NCBI GenBank assembly: GCA_951406725.2
Contig: OX597837.1
Span: 34,782,001-34,846,000 of the forward strand
DNA: 64,000 bases
Source: Octopus vulgaris
Taxonomy: Eukaryota
Reading direction: 5' to 3'
Positions 52,393 to 64,000 of the stretch are shown here, piece by piece; position 1 is the stretch's first letter, and each line of letters begins with the position of its first letter. A program made the position numbers and the translations under genes. Below the pieces are notes generated by a model. It had not been told where the DNA came from. It made no database searches and saw only the letters and a list, made by a program, of their open reading frames with translations.

Positions 52393-53208
52393 TCTTTATA
52401 TATATACTAGCAGTATCGCCCGGCGTTGCTCGGGTTTGTAAGGGAAATAACTATATAAGCATTTTTAGAGAGTTACTTCCTTATAGATGCCAATTCGGGC
52501 TTTCTTAGCCATTTCTGTTTTGGTGTCTTCAAGCCATGAAGTCGTTGTTCTAAAAGAACACTGGTCTCCTTGACAACGCTTTACGACGTTGATTTCCTTA
52601 AACTCCCTTCCCCACAGCTTCACGAGGGAGGGAAGAAGGGGGAGAAGCAAACAGGTGCAGGTGTGACCATGGACGCCAACTCCGCCGCCATCGACACACG
52701 AAAAATTATGCATTAAAATGGAATAAAAAATGATGTTAAATTATTTTTAAAATCGTAGACTCATCGTAGACGCGCGCTAATAGCCAGAAGGGCTCGATAT
52801 GAATCACGACTATAAGATACCCGAATTTGGTTAAACTGCACCGCAAAATGTGGGAGTAGTTAGGAATCTAAATCGAAGGGGACAGACACTCACACAACTA
52901 CAGTTCTATATATATAGATTGAAGTTGTGTGTGTGAGACTCTGTCTCCTCCGATTTAGATTCCTAACTACTCCCACATTTTGCGGTGCAGTTTAACCAAA
53001 GCGAGTATCTTATAGTCGTCATTCATATCAAGCCCTTCTGGGTATTAGCGCACGTCTATGATGAGTCTACGATTTAAAAAAAAATTTACCATCATTTTTT
53101 CCCATTTTTAATGCATTTTTTGTTATTATATAAGGGAAGTAACTCTCTAAAAATGCTTATATAGTTATTTCCCTTACAAACCCGAGCAACGCCGGGCGAT
53201 ACTGCTAG
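52393..53208 (+). mobile_element. Non-autonomous Helitron (host copy), interrupted at 52406/52919
   Basis: A|TCTTTATATATATA start at 52393, body resumes at 52919, hairpin and CTAG at 53205-53208. Confidence 0.82.
52407..52918 (-). mobile_element. Non-autonomous Helitron nested in opposite orientation
   Basis: On the minus strand A|TCTATATA ... hairpin ... CTAG|T, no TSD. Confidence 0.88.
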
Positions 53209-53740
53209 TCTATATATATAAAACTGTAGTTGTGTGAGTGTCTGTCCCCTTCGATTTAGATTCCTAACTACTCCCACATTTTGTGGTGCAGTTTAACCAA
53301 AAGCGGGTATCTTATAGTCGTGATTCATATCGAGCCCTTCTGGCTATTAGCGCGCGTCTACGATGAGTCTACGATTTTAAAAATAATTTAACATCATTTT
53401 TTATACCATTTTAATGCATAATTTTTCGTGTGTCGATGGTGGCGGAGTTGGCGTCCATGGTCACACCTGCACCTGTTTGCTTCTCCCCCTTCTTCCCTCC
53501 CTCGTGAAGCTGTTGGGAAGGGAGTGTAAGGAAATCAACGTCGTAAAGCGTTGTCAAGGAGACCAGCGTTCTTTTAGAACAACGACTTCATGGCTTGAAG
53601 ACACTGAGTCAACGATTTAAAAAAAAAATTATCATCATTTTTTATTCCATTTTTAATGCATTTTCTTGCTATAACTCTCTAAAAATGCTTATATAGTTAT
53701 TTCCCTTACAAACCCGAGCAACGCCGGGCAATACTGCTAG
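53209..53740 (+). mobile_element. Non-autonomous Helitron joined head-to-tail to the previous copy
   Basis: CTAG|TCTATATA junction at 53208/53209; ends hairpin and CTAG|T at 53740. Confidence 0.88.
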
Positions 53741-53969
53741 TCTTATATAAAAACAATAATTGAAAATTAAATGGAAATATTACTTAATACTTTTCAATTA
53801 CAAGGACTTGTAAAGTGTCAATGGCAAACTTCTGATCTGTGTAATTGACCAGCTGAAATTGTGGACACACTTTTCCATTGTCATCTACTGACCAAATAAC
53901 TACTTATCTTGACAGGATCAGAATGAGTCAGAGTACACATTGGGACATTTTGGAAATTTAGTCACTACC

Positions 53970-54202
53970 TATTTCTTCACTACCCACAAGGGGCTTAACA
54001 CAGAGGAGACAAACAAGGACAGACAAACGGATTAAGTTGATTACATTGACCCCAGTGCGTAACTGGTACTTAATTTATCGACCCCGAAAGGATGAAAGGC
54101 AAAGTCAACCTTGGCGGAATTTGAACTCAGAATGTAACGGCAGACGAAATACGGCTACGCATTTCACCCGGCGTGCTAATGTTTCTGCCAACTCACCACC
54201 TT
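53970..54202 (-). mobile_element. SINE family D
   Basis: TSD aaatttagtca at 53954 and 54203, extending imperfectly to about 17 bp. Confidence 0.88.
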
Positions 54203-54457
54203 AAATTTAGTCAATGCCTATTAGCTGAAATTGCCTCATCAAGTTTGCAAGATTTTCAGTTATTCCCACAATGTCAGTGTGCACCCATCATGCTATTCCA
54301 GCCGCCAATAAGCACTAAGAAGCAGAACATTCCCCAATATGCTTCTAGATTCCCTTATATGCTCAACAATGCTGTTCCAGCCACCTGTAAGCATTAAGGA
54401 GTAGAACATTCCTCAGTATGTTTCTAGATGTCTGAAGAAGTGCAGTCACTCTGTCCC

Positions 54458-54782
54458 ATCATCATCATCATCATCATGATCATTTAGCATCCGCTTTCCA
54501 TGCTAGCATGGGTTGGATGGTTCAGCTGGGGTCTGGGAAGCCAGAAGGCTGCACCAGGCCCATTCTGATCTGGCAATGTTTCTACGGCTGGATGCCCTTC
54601 CTAACGCCAACCACTCCATGAGTGTAGTGGGTGCTTTTTACGTGCCACCAGCACAGGTGCCAGACGAGGCTGGCAAACGGCCACGATTGGATGGTGCTTT
54701 TTACGTGCCACCGGCACGGGGGCCAGGCAAGGCTGGCAACGGCCATGATCGGATGGTGTTTTTTACATGCCACCGGCACAGA
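54458..54782 (-). mobile_element. Family E, 5'-truncated
   Basis: (CAT)n tail and three internal repeats. Confidence 0.8.
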
Positions 54783-55273
54783 GCATAAATGACCACTGGT
54801 CTGAAGTTAGCATGAAACAGTGTTGTTCAAGTCAAGTATGATTAACTTATCATCTGAATCCAAGAAGATTGTCTCTTCATATTCAGATTTTTGTGAAATA
54901 GCCCAGTCACTTTGCCCAATTCAACCGAATTGGAAGATGAAAAATAGTTATACCTTGTGGTCATTGAGAAAGAGTGTGGGTGGAGATATCTGAGATATCA
55001 TGGTCTCACTGATGGCTGCCACTTCTGAATGTAGTGACCTGAGGTTTTTGAGCAAGTGACCCCCAACAACACTTTCATTTATTTAATTAACTTTCAGCAA
55101 CGACTGTCATAATAAGAGTTTACGTACATGAACTACGTTCTGGTCAACTAAGTCATCCAGTTTTCCAGAACTATCAAAGGCCTTTTACAGCATTAAGCAT
55201 AAAAGACACTACAAATTGCTGAAGGTACAGTCCATTGTAGTGACACTGGTAACTGACAGTTACTTATAATACT

Positions 55274-55503
55274 TATTTCTTTATTACCCACAAGGGGCTA
55301 AACACAGAGGGGACAAACAAGGACAGACATAGGTATTATGTCGATTACATCGACCCCAGTGCGTAACTGGTACTTAATTTATCGACCCCGAAAGGATGAA
55401 AGGCAAAGTCGACCTCGGCGGAATTTGAACTCACAACGTAACGCAGACGAAATACCGCTAAGCATTTCGCCCGGCGTGCTAACGTTTCTGCCAGCTCGCC
55501 GCC
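55274..55503 (-). mobile_element. SINE family D, young
   Basis: TSD ttataatact at 55264 and 55504; CpGs intact. Confidence 0.92.
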
Positions 55504-55708
55504 TTATAATACTGACCCACCACCGCCACAAGGAAAAATGGCCAAAGTATATGAGAAGTACATATTGATAAGGATGGGATAATCTATTATAATGACTCAA
55601 GTAATTGACAGGCCCTTATTTTATATACCCTCAAGCACAAGGATAAAAGGTTGAAGTTAATCTCTACAAGGTTTGGACAAACTCAAGATGTGAAAGAAAA
55701 TTATTAAA

Positions 55709-56082
55709 GTGGCAGTGGGGTAAGAAGTTTTCTTGCCAACCACATGGTTTCAGGTTCAGTCCCACTGTGTGGCACATTGGGCAAGTGTCTTCCACTATAG
55801 CCTTGAGCCAACCAAAGCCTTGTGAGTGGATTTAGTAGATGGAAACTGAAGGAAGCCCTTCGTGAATGTGTGTGTGTTTGTCCTGCACCACTGCTTGACA
55901 ACTGGTGTTGGTGTGTTTACGTCCTTGCAATTTAGCAGTTTAGCAAATGAGACTTTCAGAATAAGTACTAAGCTTAAAAAAAGAAATAATAAGTCCTGGG
56001 GTCGATTTATTTGACTAAAACCCGTCAAAGTGATGCTCCAGCATGGCTGCAGTCAAATTACTGAAACAAGTAAAAGAAAAGA
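55709..56082 (+). mobile_element. Old SINE family A variant with a short internal microsatellite
   Basis: Full-length diverged match. Confidence 0.8.
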
Positions 56083-56313
56083 TAAAACATACAGCAGAAT
56101 AGTTTGCACAACATTGTAATAAGTCCAGCATTCATTCACCACTGACCACACGGAGGAAGGAACCACACCCACAACTAGGAACAGATACTACTGACCACAC
56201 ACATATACACTGGGAGAAAGTAGATCACTACCAAAATTCACCACTGACCAGATACACACACACACACACATACTCATGCACTAAAAGTCATATCACAACG
56301 AACACTCACTACT

Positions 56314-56570
56314 GAGTGGTTTGGTGGTTAGGGTGTTGGACTCATGATCATAAGATTGTGGTTTCAGTTCCTAGACCGGGCAATGCATTGTGCTCTTGAG
56401 CAAAACAATTCATTTCGTGTTGCTCCAGTCCACTCAACTGGCAGAAATGAATAACCCTGCGATGGACTGGTGTCCCATCCAGGTGGGGAATACAGTCGCC
56501 ATGGAAACCAGGAAAACTAGCCCTTTATGAGTCAGTATGACTCGAGAAGATAACTTTACTTTCACTTTCT
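56314..56570 (+). mobile_element. tRNA-headed SINE (C-like head) with CCCTGCGATGGACTGG central motif
   Basis: Head resembles family C; ccctgcgatggactggtgtcccatccagg recalls V-SINE-type domains; ACTTT tail. Confidence 0.65.
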
Positions 56571-57952
56571 CACTACTGACCACACACACACACACACACA
56601 CAGAGGAAGAAGTCATATCACAACCACACACACACTCTGGAAGGAGCAACACAACAACTACAACCAACACCATTGAGCCAACTGTAGTGACCATACAGAG
56701 GACTATGTGGCTACCTAACTTGCTAAAAATAGTAGTCAAATTTCTCTCCACTGACATTCCAGAAAGTTTAACAGTGGGGAGGGGGACAAAGGAGAGAGGG
56801 CATAGACGATGATTCAAAATTTAATAGAGTGTCTCAGGGATGGATGTGGGGTACAAATATAGGGTGGTCACAGCTGGAAAATCTTTGATCATAGATATTT
56901 TTAATCAAGATGAAGGTGAGGTAATAACACCACTGGCCACACACAACACATATCTGAACACAAACCACCATAAAAACATAATCACCACCATGACCACCAC
57001 CACCAACAGGAAGAACAGTAAAATATTTGTATTTATTCCGTGCTGTTTTCTGGTATCTGCCTTTTATAAATGCATGAGATTCATTCAAATAGACTGACAT
57101 GCACTCTGTGGATATTGACAGGCAAGTGAGATGGGAGAGAGAGAGAGAGGGAGAGAGAGAAAGAGGAGGGAGAGGGGAGGGAGAGGGGAGAGAGAGGGAG
57201 AGAGAGAAAGAGAGGAGAGAGAGGGAGAGAGGGGTAGAGAGAGTGAGAGAGTGAGAGAGAGGAAGAGAGAGGGGGAGAGAGAGAGGAAGAGAGAGGAGAA
57301 AGAGAGGGGGTAGTAGAGAAAAAGGAGCGAGGAGTGGAAAGGATGGGAGAGGAGTAGAGAGGAGGTAGAGGAAAAGGAGGGAGGTAGGGAAAAGGTGGGA
57401 GGTAGTTGAAAGAGAGAGGTAAGGGAAAAAGCGCAAGATAGGGGAAAGAGAGGGATGGGAAATGATAGGGAGGGATGGGGAATGAGAGAGAGGGAAGGGA
57501 CAGAGCAAAGAGGGGGCAGGGGAAAAAGCATGTGTGCATGAGCGTCTGCATGTGTGGTGGTGAGTGCGTGCATCTCTGTAAATGTACGCATTAATGTGTA
57601 TGTGTAATATGACGAGTGTATGATTTCAATGAAAGTAAATTTGGCTGTTATTTCTAGCAAAGTGGATGACCCACATAGAGATTCCCTCATCGGACTCTAG
57701 TAAACGTGTCATTGCTGCTTGTGTCAAAGGTGTGGACGGCCTCCTTAAGCAGTGATGGGGATGGTGTCAGCAGTGTTGGTGCTGGTTGCTATATTTTATA
57801 TTATTGTCATTGTTGTTAACAATCACTTGCTTAATATCACATAAAAGTTCCGGAAATCTCAATAAAAATGCCTTTATTACATTCACAAAAGAAATAAAAT
57901 TGCAATCTTGGACAGAAGAGAATTCATAAATCATGAACATATTATTCATAGC

Positions 57953-58057
57953 TATTGTTATTGAGGTTGCAGTTGCTGTTGTTATTGAGGTTGCAGTTGC
58001 TGTTGTTATTGAGGTTGCAGTTGCTGTTGTTATTGAGGTTGCAGTTGCTGTTGTTAT
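57953..58057. repeat. 24-bp tandem repeat x4.3 (TTGTTATTGAGGTTGCAGTTGCTG)
   Basis: Directly visible. Confidence 0.9.
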
Positions 58058-58499
58058 GCACCAGGTCAATCCCCAACGGAAACTGATCAAGATGTGCCCA
58101 AGTCTGTCAATTTTCCAGTCAACAGGCATTCAGGAGCACCTGGTTTGAACCTTTTTCCTAGCCGACGATGAGCGATGACTAGAAGTATATTGAGTTCTTC
58201 ATAACCAGCTGATCTAGCAAGCGGGGCCTCATATCAGTGAGGGGGGGCCGGTGCGCATTGATGCCGTCGAGAGGTAGGCCCTGAAACGGCACGCATACTC
58301 TCCTGATGACCCATACACTTGCTAGCTTCCGGTATACGGAGCTTTTAACTGGTAGCACTTGCACGTGCAAGTTGTTTGCAAGACACCTGCACAAGAATGC
58401 ACCTAGTACTTTGAAACCAATTTTTTGTTTGAACCTTTTTGATACCAACCCACCTGAGACCCCCACCTCCTGGTCTTTGACATGAACTTACTGTTTTTA

Positions 58500-59378
58500 A
58501 ATCGTCTAAATTATGATCTTCCTGCGAAATATTATGCTAATTTGTTCCAGACCCAAGCTTAATAATGAGAAAGGTTGTTTTACTAAATTCTTCATTATTT
58601 TAAAAATTAACTGAAACAAAAGCAGCGTATGTTGACAGAGATATGGTAACAAAAGGGTTAAAGTGATCTAAACTCAACCCTTCAATCAAAAATGCATGTT
58701 AATTTATATTCCAAACACTAGCTTAATAATGACAAAATTACATTCTAAATTCCTCATATTTTCCAAATTAATTAAAACAAAGGCGCAGGAGTGGATGTGT
58801 GGTAAGTAGCTTGCTAACCAACCACATGGTTCCGGGTTCATTCCCACTGCGTGGCATCTTGGGCAAGTGTCTTCTGCTATAGCCCCGGGTCGACCAATGC
58901 TTTGTGAGTGGATTTGGCTGATGGAAAACTGAAAGAAGCCTGTCGTATATATGTATATATATATATGTGTGTGTGTGTGTGTTTGTGTGTCTGTGTTTGT
59001 CCCCCTAGCATTGCTTGACAACCAGTGCTGGTCTGTTTACGTCCCCGTCACTTAGCGGTTCGGCAAAAAGAGACCGATAGAATAAGTACTGGGCTTACAA
59101 AGAATAAGTCCCGGGGTCGATTTGCTCGACTAAAGGCGGTGCTCCAGCATGGCCGCAGTCAAATGACTGAAACAAGTAAAAGAGTAAAAGAGTAAAAGGT
59201 AATGTATTTTAACAGAAACATGGTAACAAAACACTAAAATGGCTTAAATTAAAACTTTCCATCAAAGTTACATTCTAAAAACCAGATTGATAATAACTAA
59301 ATTAGTTTACTAAATTTTCAAAATTCATTGAAACAAAGGCAATGTACGTCAGCAGAAACATGGTAACAAAAGGGTTAA
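58500..59378 (+). mobile_element. Three tandem right-end segments of a second piggyBac-like element, split by SINE A
   Basis: cagaRaYatggtaacaaaa at about 58636, 59213 and 59353; two end GGG|TTAA. Confidence 0.55.
58781..59197 (+). mobile_element. SINE family A, full length
   Basis: ggcgcaggagtgg ... (gagtaaaa)n. Confidence 0.92.
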
Positions 59379-59520
59379 TGTATTCTTCTTTTTATAAGGT
59401 GGTGGGATAAGATTTGAGGGAAATTTGGCTACTGTTTTTAGCAGGGTGACACCACTACAATCACCAAAAAAGTTTGCTACTGCCACCACCACCAACAAAT
59501 GAACAACGGGGCCTCTACAG

Positions 59521-59769
59521 CAGTGGTTCTCAAATGGGGTCCATATGGCCCTTAGGGGTCAGTATAAGATCTTTTGTTAAAATTTATGAGCAAAAAACTG
59601 TTTATATTTCTACAATACCCCAAGTATTTTAACAATTTTTTTGATAAAATTCCAAATAATATTTAATAATGAAAATATAATATTTTTTAAACACCGAATG
59701 CTGATGAGGGGCCAGCGGTGTAAAATAAAAGTCAAAAGGGCTCTTAGAAAAAATGGTTAAGAACCACTG
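59521..59769 (+). mobile_element. hAT (Charlie-like) MITE, complete
   Basis: TIRs cagtggttctcaa / ttaagaaccactg; perfect 8-bp TSD ctctacag at 59513 and 59770. Confidence 0.92.
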
Positions 59770-60665
59770 CTCTACAGAGTCATGTAGTCAACTAGAAATA
59801 TCACCCTAACCTTGCTCAAATTATATCTTATAATCCTAGAGATGCAACATATAGGAAAAAAACAGGATGGTCAACATCTCCGATGTTCTGGATTAGGGCT
59901 GAGCTAAAGCAAAGCAAAAGTGACGACCACACCATGTCACCACTATGCATCAACACAGCCACCCCCACTGCTAATACACAGCTTATGTACACTCATTTAA
60001 ATCTGTTTATAAAAAAAATAGAACACAATAATTTCACAATAAAAACAGTTTTTATTAGTTCACTACCATTTAATAATGTATTTAAGCCAATCTAAGTTGT
60101 ATAATTAGTTGTTCCATTTATGGTAACTTAATCCCTACAGGTCTCTGCCTCCCTCTCTCTCTCTGATATATGTACACACACACACACATACATACATACA
60201 CACACACACACACATACACACACTGGAAAAATAGATGATGATGATTATAATGAATGTAAATTCACAACAAACCCTTCCCTTTTCCTTCTCCAATGTTGTT
60301 CAGTAACATTACAAATAATATCAATAATAAAGACGATAATGATGTTGATACAACGATGACAATGATGATGATGATGATGATGACTGTTACCCCCACCCCA
60401 CACCCCACCCACACACACCAGGATGGAGAACAGAAAGGTTTCCTGAGTTTTGAAACCATAGCATATATCCTTGAATGACAACCATTGATAGCCCATATCA
60501 AGTCAGCCTGACTTTGAACATCACCAATGTCCTCATTTTCACTGTAGCCATCATCACCACCACCACCACCAAATTCCTTAACAGTTGTGATGCCTCGTGT
60601 TGGTCACAGGCCAATGTGAAACCAGTACAATCAACAGTGTGTGTATATGTATATATATATATATA

Positions 60666-61207
60666 TTGGGTCATCTCATCAATAATGTGATTTTTTCCAT
60701 TTGCATGAACTAAAAGTTGGAGGGGGGATGGGATAAACTACCTGCATCAACTTGCTATCAAAGCAGGTAGTAATTTTACCTTGTCCTTATTCTTAGTGCA
60801 AGTTTTGAAGAGTGCAGTTTGATTTTAACAGTTATTTTTTCAAAGCTATAATGGAAGTAACAAAGGAGCATATTCAGCATATTTTGCTTTATGAGTTCAA
60901 TAAAGGCAACATCACAATGGAAAATGTGAGGAATATTAATGCAGTATATGGGAATCGGACAATAAGCATAAGCCAGTGTTAACGGTGGTTCCAGAAATTC
61001 CAAACTGGAAACTACAGCCTAGAAGATGAGCCTGGAAGATCTGTAGAGCTCGATGAGGATGTCCTGCAAATCCTAGTGGAACAAATTCCCATCATAACTG
61101 TTGTGGAATAAGCAGAGAAGCTTCGATTTGGTCATTCAACCATTCATCAGCACCTACATACCATTGGAAAAGTCAGCAAATTGGGTCAAATTGTTCCTTG
61201 CAATCTT
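60666..61207 (+). mobile_element. Mariner transposon, 5' part
   Basis: TA|ttgggtcatc TIR-like start after a TA tract, followed by the transposase N-terminus. Confidence 0.85.
60851..61207 (+). pseudogene. Mariner (Mos1-like) transposase N-terminal HTH region with two in-frame stops
   Basis: MEVTKEHIQHILLYEFNKG...QC*RWFQKFQTGNYSLEDEPGRS...HLHTIGKVSKLGQIVPCNL (decayed WVPHEL motif); not in the ORF track. Confidence 0.9.
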
Positions 61208-62506
61208 TCCCTCTTATATCCCTCTTTCTTTACTTCCTGGAATGATCCCCTGTAAAGACATTGGAGGCTAAGGTTGAATCTTTTGAGCACTACTAAGTGT
61301 CTTCTATACGGAGGATCTCTGAATCTCAGCTGCAAACTATATACATACATGTGTGTGTGTGTGTGTGTGTTTATAAGTTTAAAAATGTATAGTAAATGCA
61401 CAAACAGAAACAGATATAGAATGGTAGCTTAAAAAACATAGTAAATGCACAGATGAATGGAAAACGGACAGAAGGTCCCCAAATCCCCATCCGTTATCAG
61501 CCAGACAAACGCAATTTCATGCCTACACAAGCATACACACAGACAGACAGGCAGGCAAGCAGACAGACAGACACAGACACAGAAATGCACCATGTAGGTG
61601 ATCCAATTGCTAGAATAGTCACAGACTGCATGTCATTGATCAAAGAACTGTTCAACCAGAACTGATTTACTACTAAACAACATTATATAACGACATTATG
61701 TACATGTACACGGCTGAAGATTTACAATTGGGAAATGTCCTTCATGTTTATATATGTATGTATATTTCTATTAGGAATGTATTATATTTATATTATTGAA
61801 ATAAAAATATTTAGATTCATAAAATATATTTCCCATCTTCTAATGAAACATGTGTAACACATTTAAATTATACCACATTTTTTATGTGTGCGTATGTATG
61901 TGTATATTTACATATATATATATATATATATAAGCACAAACATGCTATCTTCAAGATAGCATGTTTTATATCATTGTATCATATATTCTGTAGAATATTT
62001 GTGTAAGTATACATATGGCATGAATGCAGAAAGAATGCTGGTAAGACATGTAACATGAATGAAGCTTGAACATCAATAATGGGAAATGTAGAGTTATAAG
62101 ATGAAATGCAAATATGTTAAAAGAATACGAGTTTAAAAAGCAACGTAAAATTACTACCTAATTACTGCCAATAAATTTAATAACACACACACACACACAT
62201 ACACACACAGCAATGCATTTTTAATACAGTTAGTATTTGTTATTAAACACAGTATCATCATGAATACAGTTACCCGATTTATATATAGTGAAAAACTGAG
62301 CCCATCTCATTCACAGTATTGTCACTTTTTTGATGCAAACTGAATGGAAGAAGTACATTCTTTGTTTATATATAACATGCAATTATAGAATTAAATAGTG
62401 TTATATACAAAATGAAAATAAAGCAAAGAAAGCTGATATGTAGATATATAATAGTAATGTAATCTTAGTATGAGTTACGTTAAAGCAATGGGCATACATA
62501 CATAAC

Positions 62507-62978
62507 TGTGTCCTACCATCTTTGTTTCTTTATATAACTCTCAGAAAAATGGATATTTTTGAATGAAAGTTTCTACAAATATGCTTCAAATGGTATTGGT
62601 TCCAATTGTATTTGAATTTGTTGTCAAAAACACGTATTCAGGGGAGTGAGGAAAGGAGTTTCAGAAAATTCACACGAGTTGGATTTGTTTCCACATAACT
62701 TTTTGAAAAATAGGCATTTTTTATTGAAAATTTCAACAAATACCTTTCAGAGTGTAGATTATGATCATATTAGAATTTAATACGTAAATAAAAACTGATG
62801 GGATAGCATTAGCACATATACATACTGACACACATTACATTTTTACTCGAATAAATTATTTCAAAATAAATTCTGATATAATCAGAATCTATACGTCTGA
62901 AGCATATTTGTAGAAAAATTTCATTAAAAAATATCCATTTTTCTGAAAGTTATGAGGAAATAAAATTAGTGGGACACA
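62507..62978. mobile_element. Old foldback or MITE-like element with imperfect inverted repeats of about 95 bp
   Basis: ataactctcagaaaaatggatattttt...tttctacaaatatgcttca is mirrored by tgaagcatatttgtagaaa...aaaaatatccatttttctgaaagttat; a third internal copy lies at about 62695-62770. Confidence 0.65.
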
Positions 62979-63385
62979 TGTGTAAGTATGGTGCAGCTAA
63001 CTCTGGCCAGTCAATGTATATTACTATGCATGCGTTACTGGAAGTCAATAGTAAACATGTATTATTTTAAATATATAGTGTAGATTTTTAAGTGTATATA
63101 ACAAAACAGGTACCTAGAAAATATTTTGGTAAAGCAATTTTCCTGACTCCCATTTTGTTATATAATAACTCTGCAAACAAGATTTCCAGAACTTTCAACA
63201 CTAATACATACCTCACATCAATATAATATCAACAACAACTACATACTGAATTGCAATAATAGAACAAGCAGGTTGCTTCAAAAGGACACAGCTTGGATTT
63301 TTCCGTACCTATTTGTGTATGTGTATTTGTGTGAATATATATGTGTATGAGAGTGTGTATGTATGTATGTATGTATGTATGTATG

Positions 63386-63423
<38 letters not shown>

Positions 63424-63514
63424 CACGAATATATATATGTATATGTATATATGTATGTATATATGTATACATATATAGGTATGTATGTATACACGCACAT
63501 ATATATATATATAT

Positions 63515-63725
63515 ACTCTTTACTCTCTTTTACTTGTTTCAGTCATTTGACTGTGGCCATGCTGGAGCACCGCCTTTAATCGAGCAACTCGACCCCGGGA
63601 CTTATTCTTTGTAAGTCCAGTACTTATTCTATCGGTCTCTTTTGCCGAACCGCTAAGTGACGGGGACATAAACACACCAGCATCGGTTGTCAAGCAATGC
63701 TAGGGGGGACAAACACAAACATACA

Positions 63726-63775
<50 letters not shown>

Positions 63776-63946
63776 CATATATACGACGGGCTTCTTTCAG
63801 TTTCCGTCTACTAAATCCACTCACAAGGCTTTGGTTGGCCCGAGGCTATAGTAGAAGACACTTGCCCAAGGTGCCACACAGTGGGACTGAACCCGGAACA
63901 ATGTGGTTGGTAAACAAGCTACTTACCACACAGCCACTTCTGCGCC
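63515..63946 (-). mobile_element. SINE family A, full length, in a TA-rich tract
   Basis: Complete match. Confidence 0.92.
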
Positions 63947-64000
63947 TATATATAAACATTTATGTACAGGTAGAAACACAGACAAGCAATAACAGATGTA

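Overview
Eukaryotic, AT-rich, repeat-saturated intronic or intergenic DNA. No intact protein-coding gene, rRNA, true tRNA or CRISPR array can be supported, and almost all ORFs in the track are translations of microsatellites or SINEs. The repeat content resembles octopus (coleoid cephalopod) DNA; this is an inference from recall of these repeats, not a search. Family labels A-I are my own. The window holds: (1) several tRNA-headed SINE families, about 40 copies, some young with 9-14 bp TSDs; (2) LINE remnants of the Tx1/L1, RTE, CR1 and RLE (R4/Dong-like) types; (3) DNA transposon relics (mariner, hAT-Charlie MITEs with 8-bp TSD, piggyBac-like TTAA MITEs, Tigger-like); (4) four non-autonomous Helitrons, three of them nested or concatenated; (5) a near-perfect 98-bp x15 satellite and a 144-bp MITE-derived array. 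The best lead is that the young SINE D 3' tail matches the 3' end of the Tx1-like LINE in the same window (35/42 nt), which suggests a SINE/Tx1-LINE partnership that arose by tail swapping. Most coordinates were read by eye and are approximate to a few bp.
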